DNA of 64,000 nucleotides from an uncultured Microthrixaceae bacterium (GTDB taxonomy: Bacteria; Actinomycetota; Acidimicrobiia; Acidimicrobiales; DATDAH01), in NCBI GenBank assembly GCA_963845425.1, contig CAWJSC010000002.1, forward strand, positions 193,716-257,715. Direction: 5' to 3'. The notes beneath the pieces were generated by a model that saw only the letters and a program-made list of their open reading frames with translations, did not search any database and was not told the origin of the DNA. Shown here in pieces: positions 27,595 to 37,048 of this stretch (position 1 is the stretch's first letter; each line of letters begins with the position of its first letter). A program made the translations under genes and the position numbers.

Positions 27595-29016
27595 ATGGCC
27601 GATCTCCCTGAGGGGCTCCTGGACGGGCTCGCCGCAGCCGTCGGGGTCGAGAACCTGCGCACCGGCGCCGACGTCAACGAGGACCACAGCCACGACGAGG
27701 CCCTGACCGTCGGCTGGCGGATGCCCGATGCCGTGATCCTGCCCACCACCACCGAGCAGGTGGCGGCCGTCCTGCGCCTCGCCGCGGAGCACCGGGTCCC
27801 GGTCACGCCTCGGGGCAGCGGCACCGGCCTGTCGGGGGCGTGCGTGCCGACCAACGGCGGGATCGTGCTCGCCTTCGAGGCGATGAACGCCGTCCTGGAG
27901 ATCGACGCCGAGAACCACATGGCCGTCGTACAGCCCGGCGTCACCCTCGAGCAGCTCAACGCCGAGCTGGCCCCGCACGGGTTCTTCTACCCCGTGTCCC
28001 CCGGCGAGAACAGCGCCTCCCTGGGCGGGAACGTGGCCACCAACGCCGGCGGGATGCGGGCCGTGAAGTACGGCGTCACCCGCCACCACGTGCTCGGCCT
28101 CGAAGCGGTGCTGCCCGGCGGCGAGGTCATCCGCACCGGCGGCAAACTGGTCAAGACCTCGTCCGGGTACGACCTCACCCAGCTCATCATCGGCTCGGAG
28201 GGAACCCTGGCCGTGGTCACCGAGGTGACGGTCAAGTTGCAGCCCAAGCTGGATCACCGGAGCACACTGCTGGTCCCCTTCGCCACCCTCGACGAGGTGG
28301 CTCACGCCGTGCCCCGCATCGTGGGCAGCGGGGTCGGGCCGCTCATGACCGAGTACATCGACCTGGTCACCATGGCGGGCATCACCGAGGCGGCCGGGCT
28401 CGACCTCGGGCTCCCCCAGGAGATCAAGGACACCGCCCTCGCCTACCTGGTCGTCGCCCTCGAAGCCCGCCGGGAGGAGCAGCTCGAGGCCGACACCGCC
28501 GAGGTGGCCGAGCTCGTCACCGAGCTGGGGGCCCTCGACGTCTACGTCCTGCCCCCGGCGGCCGCCAACCAGCTCATCGAGGCTCGCGAGCGGGCGTTCT
28601 GGGTGGCCAAGGCCAACGGGGCCAACGACATCGTCGACACCGTCGTCCCCCGGGCCGCCATCCCCGCCTTCCTGGCCGCGGTGGCCGACCTGGCGGCGGC
28701 CCACGACGCGTGGGTGGTCGGCTGCGGCCACGCCGGGGACGGCAACGTCCACCTGTCCATCTTCCAGGGCGACGACGCGGTCCGCGCCACGCTCATCAAG
28801 GCCATCTTCCGCACGGCGATCGACCACGGTGGGGCCATCTCCGGCGAGCACGGCATCGGTAGCGAGAAGCAGGCCTACTTCCTGGACCTCGAGGACCCGG
28901 CCAAGCTGGCCCTCATGCGGCGGATCAAGGCCGCCTTCGACCCCGACGGGATCCTCAACCCCGGCACGTTGCTGGACACCGAGCTGATCGCCGCCACCCC
29001 GGAGGCCGCTCGATGA
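27595..29016 (+). CDS. FAD-linked oxidase (GlcD/D-lactate dehydrogenase-like)
   Basis: 473 aa. FAD_binding_4 motifs (VTPRGSGTGLSG, VQPGVTLEQLN, GGNVATNAGG) and a C-terminal FAD-oxidase_C region (GEHGIG...K). Confidence 0.9.
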   Translation: MADLPEGLLDGLAAAVGVENLRTGADVNEDHSHDEALTVGWRMPDAVILPTTTEQVAAVLRLAAEHRVPVTPRGSGTGLSGACVPTNGGIVLAFEAMNAVLEIDAENHMAVVQPGVTLEQLNAELAPHGFFYPVSPGENSASLGGNVATNAGGMRAVKYGVTRHHVLGLEAVLPGGEVIRTGGKLVKTSSGYDLTQLIIGSEGTLAVVTEVTVKLQPKLDHRSTLLVPFATLDEVAHAVPRIVGSGVGPLMTEYIDLVTMAGITEAAGLDLGLPQEIKDTALAYLVVALEARREEQLEADTAEVAELVTELGALDVYVLPPAAANQLIEARERAFWVAKANGANDIVDTVVPRAAIPAFLAAVADLAAAHDAWVVGCGHAGDGNVHLSIFQGDDAVRATLIKAIFRTAIDHGGAISGEHGIGSEKQAYFLDLEDPAKLALMRRIKAAFDPDGILNPGTLLDTELIAATPEAAR

Positions 29017-30569
29017 ACGGCGCCCAGTCCCTCATCCACACCCTGGTCGACAGTGGTGTGACCGCCTGCTTCGCCAACCCGGGCACCAGCGAGATGCATT
29101 TCGTGAAGGCGCTGGACCACGTGCCCGAGATGCGAGGCGTGCTCGCCCTCTTCGAGGGCGTGGCCACCGGCGCGGCCGACGGCTACGGGCGCATGGCCGA
29201 CCAGCCGGCCGCCACCCTCCTGCACCTCGGCTCGGGCCTGGCCAACGGCTCGGCCAACCTCCACAACGCCCGCCGGGCCGCCACCCCGCTGGTGAACATC
29301 GTCGGGGACCACGCCACCCACCACAAGCGCTTCGACGCCCCCCTCGACTCCGACATCGAGTCCTCGGCCGGGACCACGGCCGGCTGGCTGCGGACCTCGA
29401 CCCGGGCCGACGACGTCGCCCGGGACGCCGCGGAAGCCGTGGCCGCCGCCTTCGGGCCGCCCGGCCAGGTCGCCACGCTGATCCTGCCCGCCGACGTGTC
29501 GTGGTCCGACGCCACGGGACCGGCCGCGCCCGTGGCCCCGACGGCGAGGGCCACCGTCGACGACGCCCGCATCGCCAACGTGGCGACGGTGCTGCGCTCG
29601 GGCGAGCCGACGGCGCTCCTCGTCGGCGGCACGGTCACCCGTGAGCGGGGCCTGGTCGCCGCCGGCCGCGTGGCGCAGTCCACCGGGGCGAAGCTCCTCG
29701 GCGAGACCTTCCCCGCCCGCATCGAACGGGGCGCCGGCCGCCCCGACCTCGAACGGCTGGCCTACCTGGCCGAGTTCATCGAGATGCAGCTCAGCGGGAT
29801 CCGCCACCTGGTGCTGGTGGACACGCGGTCCCCGGTGTCGTTCTTCGCCTATCCGGACAAGGCGAGTGACCTCGTCCCCGCGGGCTGCGAGGTGCACACG
29901 CTGGCCGCCCCGGGCGACGACGCCGTCGGCGCCCTGGAGGCCCTCGCCGAACTCATCGGCGCCCCGGCCGATGGGGCGCTGCTCACCCCCGCCGGGCGGC
30001 CGGAGGTCCCAACCGGCGACCTGGACGCCGGGAAGGTGGCCGCCGTCGTCGGGGCCCTGCTGCCGGACGGGGCGATCGTGGTCGACGAGGCCCAGACCGC
30101 CGGCATCTACACGCCGGCCGCCACCGCCGGCGCCCCCCAACACGACTGGCTCACCCTCTGCGGCGGGGCCATCGGCATGGGCATCCCGCTGGCCACCGGC
30201 GCCGCCGTGGCCTGCCCCGACCGTCGAGTGGTCAACCTGGAGGCCGACGGCAGCGCCATGTACACGCTGCAGGGCTTGTGGACCCAGGCCCGCGAGGGCC
30301 TGGACGTGACGACGATCATCTACAACAACGGCTCCTACGCCATCCTCAACATGGAGATGGGCCGCGTCGGCGCTGAAGCGCCGGGCCCGACCGCCACCAG
30401 CCTCCTGGACATCTCCCGCCCCGACCTCAGCTTCGTCGGCCTGGCCGAAGGCCTGGGCGTCCCCGCCGTCCGCGTCGACAACGCCGGCGCCCTCCACACC
30501 GAGCTGGCCACGTCCCTCCACGAACCAGGCCCCAGGCTCATCGAAGCCATCGTCCCCTCAGGGTTCTGA
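29013..30569 (+). CDS. Thiamine-diphosphate-dependent enzyme (acetolactate synthase large-subunit-like)
   Basis: 518 aa. N-terminal PYR domain (FANPGTSEMHF...GYGRM) and a C-terminal ThDP motif (GGAIGMGIPLATGAAVA...EADGSAMYT...IIYNN). ATGA overlap with the upstream gene. Confidence 0.85.
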   Translation: MNGAQSLIHTLVDSGVTACFANPGTSEMHFVKALDHVPEMRGVLALFEGVATGAADGYGRMADQPAATLLHLGSGLANGSANLHNARRAATPLVNIVGDHATHHKRFDAPLDSDIESSAGTTAGWLRTSTRADDVARDAAEAVAAAFGPPGQVATLILPADVSWSDATGPAAPVAPTARATVDDARIANVATVLRSGEPTALLVGGTVTRERGLVAAGRVAQSTGAKLLGETFPARIERGAGRPDLERLAYLAEFIEMQLSGIRHLVLVDTRSPVSFFAYPDKASDLVPAGCEVHTLAAPGDDAVGALEALAELIGAPADGALLTPAGRPEVPTGDLDAGKVAAVVGALLPDGAIVVDEAQTAGIYTPAATAGAPQHDWLTLCGGAIGMGIPLATGAAVACPDRRVVNLEADGSAMYTLQGLWTQAREGLDVTTIIYNNGSYAILNMEMGRVGAEAPGPTATSLLDISRPDLSFVGLAEGLGVPAVRVDNAGALHTELATSLHEPGPRLIEAIVPSGF

Positions 30570-30705
30570 CCCGTCGAACCGGCCAACCGAGGCACGGACG
30601 GGAGGTGGTGGTGCCAGCGGGTTCCAGAGGTCACGTTCCGTGGCCAGGCACCACCGGCCGTCAGGGCGCCGACCACGATCCGTGCACCTCACGCCGGAGC
30701 GACAA

Positions 30706-30754
30706 CCATTGGAGGCAATAGGGGGCGGAATCCGCCCCTTATTGCCTCCAATGG
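30706..30754. repeat. REP-like palindromic element, copy A
   Basis: CCATTGGAGGCAATAGGGGGCGG-AAT-CCGCCCCTTATTGCCTCCAATGG has a 23-bp stem with one G:T position. It lies between convergent genes (stops at 30569 and 30849). Confidence 0.85.
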
Positions 30755-30848
30755 CCGCGAAGGGACCGCGCGGCGGGAGCGCCTCCGACGACCGGCAGCC
30801 CGACCTCACGCCCCCGTGGTTGCCTTCGGTTGGTCCGGCCGGTCAGTC

Positions 30849-31451
30849 TCAGGGCTCGCGGCGGAGGCACCAGACGGGTGGGGTGGCCTCGAGGCGGATC
30901 TCGTCGCAGACGGTGAATCCGGCGCGGGCGTACCAGGCCACGTTGGCTTCCTTCTGGGTTTCGACGTACGCGAAGTCGCCGTCTTGGTCGCAACGGGCCA
31001 GCACGGGCGCCAGCAAGGCGGTGGCCAGGCCGCGGCCGGTGGCGGCCGGGTCGGTGCCGAGCAGCGCGAGGTACCAGTGGGGCTCGCGGGGGTGGCGCCG
31101 GTCGACCTCCAGCAGGAGCTTCGTCGCCTTCGTCCGATTGCGCATCCGCAGGATCACCGGGAGCATCCGGATGCCGAGCCGGGCCTGCTGGGCGGCCGAC
31201 CGGGGCACCGAGCCCGGCGGGGCCCATGCGGCCAGCGCGGCGATTCGACCGCCGCGCTCGCCGACCGTGATCTCGGCGTACTGGCGGAGGTCGGCCAGGT
31301 CGGCGGCGAAGAACGACGGACCGCGGCGGTGCTCGTGCAACCGGTCGCGGCTGAAGTGGCCGATGAGCGGGTCGGGCCAGAACGCCCGGGACAACACCGC
31401 CGCCGCCTCGTCGAACTCGTCGGCCCCCAGCGGGCGGATGATGGCGGCCAT
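30849..31451 (-). CDS. GNAT family N-acetyltransferase
   Basis: Track ORF 30849..31565 trimmed to ATG 31451 (MAAIIRPLGADEFDEAAAVL...). Acetyl-CoA motif LLGTDPAATGRGLATALLAPVL and a C-terminal YARAGF. Confidence 0.8.
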   Translation of the reverse strand: MAAIIRPLGADEFDEAAAVLSRAFWPDPLIGHFSRDRLHEHRRGPSFFAADLADLRQYAEITVGERGGRIAALAAWAPPGSVPRSAAQQARLGIRMLPVILRMRNRTKATKLLLEVDRRHPREPHWYLALLGTDPAATGRGLATALLAPVLARCDQDGDFAYVETQKEANVAWYARAGFTVCDEIRLEATPPVWCLRREP

Positions 31452-33001
31452 CAGACGATCTTGGACTCGTGGTCGCCCCAGTAGCGGTCCCGCAGCAGGC
31501 GCTTGTAGAGCTTGCCGGTGTCGTGGCGGGGTAGCTCGGCCTCGAAGTCGATGCTCTTCGGGCACTTGTAGTGGGCCAGGTGCTCCCGGCAGTGGGCCAG
31601 GAGGGTGGCCTCGAGCTCCGGGCCCACGCGGCCCGGGTCGGCCGCCTGGACCACGGCCTTGACCTGCTCGCCCATCTCCGCATCCGGCACCCCGAAGACG
31701 GCGGCGTCGGTCACCAGCGGGTGGGTGATGAGGACGTCTTCGGCCTCCTGGGGATAGATGTTCACCCCGCCGGAGACGATCATGAAGTCCTTGCGGTCGG
31801 TCAGGTAGAGATAGCCGTCCTCATCCAGTCGGCCCATGTCCCAGTTGGTGGCCCAGCCCCGCTCGTCGTGGGCGCCGGCGGTCTTGGCCGGGTCGTTGTG
31901 GTACTCGAACTGCAGGCCTTGGACCGGGTGCTCGAACCAGACCACGCCGACCTCACCCAGGGGAACGTCGGACCCGTCGCCGTCACAGATGTGGATCACC
32001 GAGCCCGTGGAGCGACCGACCGAGCCCTTGTGGGCCAACCAGTCCTCGGCGGAGATGGCCGTCGCCCCGATCGCCTCGGTCGACGAGTAGTACTCGTGCA
32101 CGATCGGGCCCCACCACTCGATGATCTGCTCCTTCACCGGCACGGGGCAGGGCGCGGCGGCGTGGAGGGCCAACCGGTGGCTGGTGAGGTCGTAGCGGTC
32201 ACGAACCTCAGGGGGCAGCTTGAACAGGCGCACGAACATCGTCGGGACCCACTGGCTGTGCGTGACCCTGTAGGTCTGGATGGCCTGCAGTGACACCTCG
32301 GCGTCGAAGTGCTCCATGACCACCGCGGTGCCCCCGAGCCGGTGGACGGCCATGCAGAACTGCAACGGGGCGGCGTGGTAGCAGGGGGCGGTCGAGAGGT
32401 AGACGGTGTCCTCGCCGATCCCGTACCGGCGGAAACCCTCGACGGCCAGGCCGGGCTCGCCCAGAGGCTTGTGCGCCAGCCGGAACCGGACCCCCTTGGG
32501 GCGGCCGGTCGTGCCCGACGAGTAGAGCATGGCGTGACCCTCCAGCTCCTCGTCCCGGGGCGCCCCGGACACCGAGGCCAGGGCGTCCTCGTAGCGATCC
32601 CAGCCCTCGACGGCACCGTCCATGACCAGCCTCGAGACCACCCGGTCGGTCCGCCGCCCGCCCAGTTCGGCGGCCACCTCGCCCATGGCCGCCGTGGTCA
32701 CCACGGCCCGGGCGTCGCAGTCATCGACGATGTAGGCGACCTCCTCGGCGGTGAGGTGGGTGTTGACCGCCGTGTAGTAGAGGCCCGAACGCTGAGCGGC
32801 CCAGCAGACCTCGAAGAAGCGGGCCTGGTTCTCGACCAGCAGGGCGACGTGGTCGCCGAAGCCGAGGCCGGCCTCGGCCCAGACCCGGGCCAGGCGGACC
32901 GAGCGGTCCTCCAACTCGCCGTAGGTGACCACTGTGGCCGACCCGGCCATGACGACCGCCGGGTGGTCGGGTCGTTGCTGGGCATGGACGCCGGGCCACA
33001 T
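31451..33001 (-). CDS. AMP-dependent acyl-CoA synthetase/ligase
   Basis: Track ORF 31451..33103 trimmed to ATG 33001 (MWPGVHAQQRPDHPAVV). Motifs: MLYSSGTTGRPKGV, YYSSTEA, WDMGRLDEDGYLYLTDRKD, GKLYKR. Confidence 0.9.
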   Translation of the reverse strand: MWPGVHAQQRPDHPAVVMAGSATVVTYGELEDRSVRLARVWAEAGLGFGDHVALLVENQARFFEVCWAAQRSGLYYTAVNTHLTAEEVAYIVDDCDARAVVTTAAMGEVAAELGGRRTDRVVSRLVMDGAVEGWDRYEDALASVSGAPRDEELEGHAMLYSSGTTGRPKGVRFRLAHKPLGEPGLAVEGFRRYGIGEDTVYLSTAPCYHAAPLQFCMAVHRLGGTAVVMEHFDAEVSLQAIQTYRVTHSQWVPTMFVRLFKLPPEVRDRYDLTSHRLALHAAAPCPVPVKEQIIEWWGPIVHEYYSSTEAIGATAISAEDWLAHKGSVGRSTGSVIHICDGDGSDVPLGEVGVVWFEHPVQGLQFEYHNDPAKTAGAHDERGWATNWDMGRLDEDGYLYLTDRKDFMIVSGGVNIYPQEAEDVLITHPLVTDAAVFGVPDAEMGEQVKAVVQAADPGRVGPELEATLLAHCREHLAHYKCPKSIDFEAELPRHDTGKLYKRLLRDRYWGDHESKIV

Positions 33002-33080
33002 GGCCCAGACCGTAGATGGCCCCCGGACGCGACCCGGCCCGGCCCACGGGGGGCCGGGCCGGATGAGGGGATTCGGGGGA

Positions 33081-33224
33081 TCAGGTGAAGATGCTGGCCC
33101 CACCCGGGCCCACCAGGAGCCCGATGACGATGAGGGCGACGCCCCACAGGACTTCCTTGCGGAGGAGGGCCATTGCGCCGGCGATCACCAGGACCGCGGC
33201 GAGGATGAACAGGAGCAGGGTCAT
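33081..33224 (-). CDS. Small (47 aa) two-helix membrane protein with GPGG motif
   Basis: Not in the ORF track (too short). Own translation: MTLLLFILAAVLVIAGAMALLRKEVLWGVALIVIGLLVGPGGASIFT*. An AAAGGAAC RBS-like sequence sits just upstream and GC3 is strong. Confidence 0.55.
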   Translation of the reverse strand: MTLLLFILAAVLVIAGAMALLRKEVLWGVALIVIGLLVGPGGASIFT

Positions 33225-33394
33225 GACGGAGGTTCCTTTCGTGCCGTCGTTGACCCTCATCTACCCCACCCCGCGAACGGCTAGACCCGCCGGGGATCAG
33301 GGGGCGGCACCACGGCGGGACCCCCTGACCGGGGTCGGGATAGCCTCGTCGGATCACCGCTGTCGACCGGACACCCGCCGCCCCGTGGACGTCG

Positions 33395-35500
33395 GTGCTG
33401 GCCCGCCTCACCGTTGCCGCCGTCGTCGCCGACCGCGAAGGCACGATCGTCTACGCCAACGACGCCGTGGCGACGCTCCTCGGTCGGCCTGCCGCCGCCC
33501 TGATCGGCCGACCCGTGACCACGCTGATCCCCCGCCGCCTCCTCGCGGCACACCGCGCCGGCTTCGCCCGATGGGCCCAAGCCGACGCCGACGAGTTCGA
33601 CGGGCGCTACCTCCGCCTCCCCGCATTGAGCGCGACCGGTGACGAGGTCCCGGTGGGCGCGGTGCTGAGCCCGGTGACCGGGCCCGACGGCCGGGACCAC
33701 GTGCTCGCCCTGATCCGTCCTCGGGACGCCCCCCACGAGGCGGTCAACGCGGTCGCCCTCGAGCTCGTCAGTGAGCTGGCCCAGGACCAGCCGGTGGCCG
33801 ACGCGGTCGGTGGCCTCCTCCGGGTCATCGGACAGCGACTCGACTGGGACCTCACCAACCTGTGGGTCGTGGACGACGACTGGGGGGCGTTACGCGTGCT
33901 CGGCATGTGGAGCGCCCCCGGACAGGAACACCACCTGTTCCAGGCCGCCACCCGCGAGACCACCTTCACCCCCGGCACGGGGCTGGCCGGCCAGGTGTGG
34001 GCCAGCGGGGTCCCTCGCTCCGTCGAGCGCCTCGACGTGGACCCGGATTTCCTGCGCCGGAAGGCGGCGCTGGCCTCGGGCCTGCGGACCGGGTTCGCCT
34101 TCCCGATCGAGCACAGGGGCCAGGTCGTCGGGGTCATCGACATGTTCCGCTCCCGCCCCGAGCCGATCGAGGGCGAGCACGTCGCGGTGCTCGCCGGCAT
34201 CGGCGAGCACCTGGGCCAGTACCTGGACCGGGTCCGACGTCAGGAACGGGACCATCGGGTCGAAGAACGCCTCCGCCTCATCACGGCCGGCAACGCACTC
34301 CTGGCCCGCTGGCTGGACTACCCCGCGCCCCTCGACGACGTGTGCGCCCTGCTCGTCCCCGAGGTGGCCGAGGTGTGCGTGGTCGACCTCGTCCGCGACA
34401 CCCACCTGGAACGGGCGGGCCAGGCCTACGCCGACCCGGAGTACGAGGCCGACGTCGACCGGTTCAGCGAGCTGGTGCCGCTGGAGACCATCCAGGCCGG
34501 GCCGATCGCGGTCGTCCACACCGGCGACAGCATCGTCTACGAGGAGGTCGGAGCCGACGAGCTGGCCGCCGGCGTCCCGGTCGACCTCCCCCCGGACCTC
34601 CTCGGTCGACTGGCCCCCGTGTCCACCCTGATCGTCCCGATGGTCGGCCGGGGCGCTGTGGTCGGGACCCTGTCCCTCGCCCGACGGGGCGGCCGTTTCG
34701 CCGACGACGACCGTCGCTTCGCCGAAGAGCTCGGCCGCCACATCGGCCTGGCCGTGGCCAACGCCGCCCTCTTCGAACGCGAGCGGGCGGTGGCCACCGC
34801 GCTCCAGCAGAGCCTCCTGCCCCCCCACCTCCCCGAGGTCCCCGGCATGGAGATCGCCTGCCGGTACGAGCCCGGGGGGTCACGCCTGATCGTCGGCGGC
34901 GACTTCTATGACCTCTTCGAGGTCGAGCCGGGCTGCTGGATCGCGCTCGTGGGCGATGTCTGTGGCACCGGGGCCGAGGCCGCGGCCATCACCTCCCAGG
35001 TCCGCTACTCGGCCCGGGCCCTGGCCTCCCGTGTCGACAGCCCGGCCGAGCTCCTGACCGAGATAAACGCCGCGCTGCTCGACCGGGGCGACACGCGCTT
35101 CTGCACGGCTCTGGTGGCGCGGCTCACGCCGGGACCCGACGGGGTGGAGGTGACCCTGGCCAGCGGCGGTCATCCACCACCGGTGCTGATCAGCCGGTCG
35201 GGCACGCGTCTGGTTGACTGCCCGGGGACGCTCCTGGGCATCTACACCGACACCGTCCACGGCGAGGTCGAGCTGGTCCTGGGCCATGGGGAGTCCCTGG
35301 CGCTCTACACCGACGGCGTCACCGAGACCCGGGACGCCGGAGGGGAGATGCTCGGCGAGGAACGACTGGTGGCGGTGCTCGACGCCTGCGTCGAGGCGCA
35401 CGCCGAGAAGACGGCTGACCAACTGGTGCAGGCTGCCGTGGAGCACGCCGCCTTCACCCCGGCCGACGACATCGCCGTCCTGGTGCTGCGGCACCCGTGA
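33395..35500 (+). CDS. PAS-GAF-GAF-PP2C (SpoIIE-type) serine phosphatase
   Basis: 701 aa. N-terminal PAS (VVADREGTIVYANDAVATLLGRP). Two GAF-like regions (LRVIGQRLDWDLTNLWVVD...; ...TLIVPMVGRGAVVGTLSLAR). C-terminal PP2C motifs (LQQSLLP, GGDFYDLF, VGDVCGTGAEAA, LYTDGVTE). Confidence 0.9.
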   Translation: MLARLTVAAVVADREGTIVYANDAVATLLGRPAAALIGRPVTTLIPRRLLAAHRAGFARWAQADADEFDGRYLRLPALSATGDEVPVGAVLSPVTGPDGRDHVLALIRPRDAPHEAVNAVALELVSELAQDQPVADAVGGLLRVIGQRLDWDLTNLWVVDDDWGALRVLGMWSAPGQEHHLFQAATRETTFTPGTGLAGQVWASGVPRSVERLDVDPDFLRRKAALASGLRTGFAFPIEHRGQVVGVIDMFRSRPEPIEGEHVAVLAGIGEHLGQYLDRVRRQERDHRVEERLRLITAGNALLARWLDYPAPLDDVCALLVPEVAEVCVVDLVRDTHLERAGQAYADPEYEADVDRFSELVPLETIQAGPIAVVHTGDSIVYEEVGADELAAGVPVDLPPDLLGRLAPVSTLIVPMVGRGAVVGTLSLARRGGRFADDDRRFAEELGRHIGLAVANAALFERERAVATALQQSLLPPHLPEVPGMEIACRYEPGGSRLIVGGDFYDLFEVEPGCWIALVGDVCGTGAEAAAITSQVRYSARALASRVDSPAELLTEINAALLDRGDTRFCTALVARLTPGPDGVEVTLASGGHPPPVLISRSGTRLVDCPGTLLGIYTDTVHGEVELVLGHGESLALYTDGVTETRDAGGEMLGEERLVAVLDACVEAHAEKTADQLVQAAVEHAAFTPADDIAVLVLRHP

Positions 35501-37005
35501 CCGAGCCCACGCCCGAGGAACCGACGACGACCGGCGGTCCCCGCCGGGTCGTCGTCGTGGTCGCCGTCCTGGCCGTCATCGTGGCCGCGGTCGTCGCCGT
35601 GGTGGTCCTCACCCGGGACGACGCGGACGACGCGACCGCGACCGAGTCCGCCACCACCGAAGCCGCACCCGACGAGGCCGACGGCGACGAGCCAACGCCC
35701 GACGCCGTGGTCGGCGACGACACCGTGGGTGACCCCTACGCCCCCGCCAGCGGGGCCACCGGCTACGACGCCCTCCACTACGACATCAGGTTCTCCTACG
35801 ACCCCGACGACGGCCGCGTGGAGGGGGTGACGACCATGACCGCCGAGGCCGACGAGGCACTCGCCGGCTTCTCGGTCGACCTGTACGAGTTGGCGATGGG
35901 CGAGGTGACCGTCGACGGCGAGGAGGCCGAGTTCGACGTCGACGGCCGGGACGTGCGCATCACCCCGGCCGAGCCGATCGCCGAGGGCGAGGAGTTCGTC
36001 ACCGAGATGGCCTACTCGGGTGTCCCCGAGCCGGTGATCAGTGCGGGGTTCCCGACCGGCTGGCTGACGACCGACGCCGGCGGCGCCTACGTCATCGGCG
36101 AGCCCGATGGTGCCGCGACCTGGTTCCCGGGCAACGACCACCCGTCCGACAAGGCCACCCTCACCCTGTCGGCCACCGTGCCCCGCGGCTGGGTCGCGGC
36201 CTCCAACGGGGCGTTCGAGGGTCGGCGCCGCAAGGGCGACGCCGTCACCTGGGCCTGGTCGGAGGACGACCCGATCGCCACCTACCTGGTGACCGTGGCC
36301 ATCGACCAGTTCCGGGTGGTGGAGGAGGAGACCGACGGCGGCCTGCCGCTGATCAGCTTCTACCCCGAGGACGACGCCGACCGCCTGACCGAAGACTTCG
36401 CGGACGCCGGGGACATGGTCGAAGCCTTCGAGGAGGTCTTCGGGCCGTACCCCTTCGACGAGTATGGGGCCATCGTCATCCCGGAGTCGCTCGGCTACGC
36501 CCTCGAGACCCAGACCCGGTCCACGTTCGGCATCGACGTCGCGTCCATGGACGAGTTCCAGGCCCACGAACTGGCCCACCAGTGGTTCGGTGACTCCATG
36601 ACCCCGAGCCGATGGGAGGACATCTGGCTCAACGAGGGCTTCGCCACCTACGGCGAGATGCTCTGGTCCGAGGCCTCCGAGGAGGGCTACGACATCGACG
36701 CTGACGCCGAGTCCCGCCGGGACGGCCTGGCCGGCTACGACGAGGACCCGATCCGGGATCCGGGCGTCGACCGCTGGTTCTCCGAAGCCGTCTACCAGCG
36801 GGGCGGCCTCGCCCTCCACGCCCTTCGGCGCACGGCCGGCGACGAGGACTTCTTCGAGATCCTGAAGCGCTGGTCGGCCGACTTCCGGCACGCCAACGTG
36901 ACCACCGACGACTTCATCGCCCTGTCCGAGGAGATCAGCGGCGACGAGCTCGATGCCCTCTTCGAGGCCTGGCTGGAGGACGACGAGATCCCCGCGCTGC
37001 CCTGA
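35497..37005 (+). CDS. Membrane-anchored M1 family metallopeptidase (aminopeptidase N-like)
   Basis: 502 aa. N-terminal TM segment (VVVVVAVLAVIVAAVVAVVVL), a D/E/T-rich linker, Zn motif HELAHQWFGD plus NEGFATY. GTGA overlap with the phosphatase stop. Confidence 0.9.
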   Translation: MTEPTPEEPTTTGGPRRVVVVVAVLAVIVAAVVAVVVLTRDDADDATATESATTEAAPDEADGDEPTPDAVVGDDTVGDPYAPASGATGYDALHYDIRFSYDPDDGRVEGVTTMTAEADEALAGFSVDLYELAMGEVTVDGEEAEFDVDGRDVRITPAEPIAEGEEFVTEMAYSGVPEPVISAGFPTGWLTTDAGGAYVIGEPDGAATWFPGNDHPSDKATLTLSATVPRGWVAASNGAFEGRRRKGDAVTWAWSEDDPIATYLVTVAIDQFRVVEEETDGGLPLISFYPEDDADRLTEDFADAGDMVEAFEEVFGPYPFDEYGAIVIPESLGYALETQTRSTFGIDVASMDEFQAHELAHQWFGDSMTPSRWEDIWLNEGFATYGEMLWSEASEEGYDIDADAESRRDGLAGYDEDPIRDPGVDRWFSEAVYQRGGLALHALRRTAGDEDFFEILKRWSADFRHANVTTDDFIALSEEISGDELDALFEAWLEDDEIPALP

Positions 37006-37048
37006 CCGCGCGAGGCTGCCCCCCGACGAACAGCTCCAGGGGGTGGCG

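Noticed and set aside
28875-30521. 548-aa minus-strand ORF antisense to the ThDP enzyme
   Set aside because: It is a shadow ORF with G/A/R/V-rich low complexity.
30570-30700. tRNA or small RNA in the 279-bp convergent intergenic region (GGTGGTGCC...GGCACCACC inverted repeat)
   Set aside because: It has no cloverleaf arms, T-loop (GTTCRANNC) or anticodon-stem geometry. A 9-bp stem with a 31-nt loop is weak.
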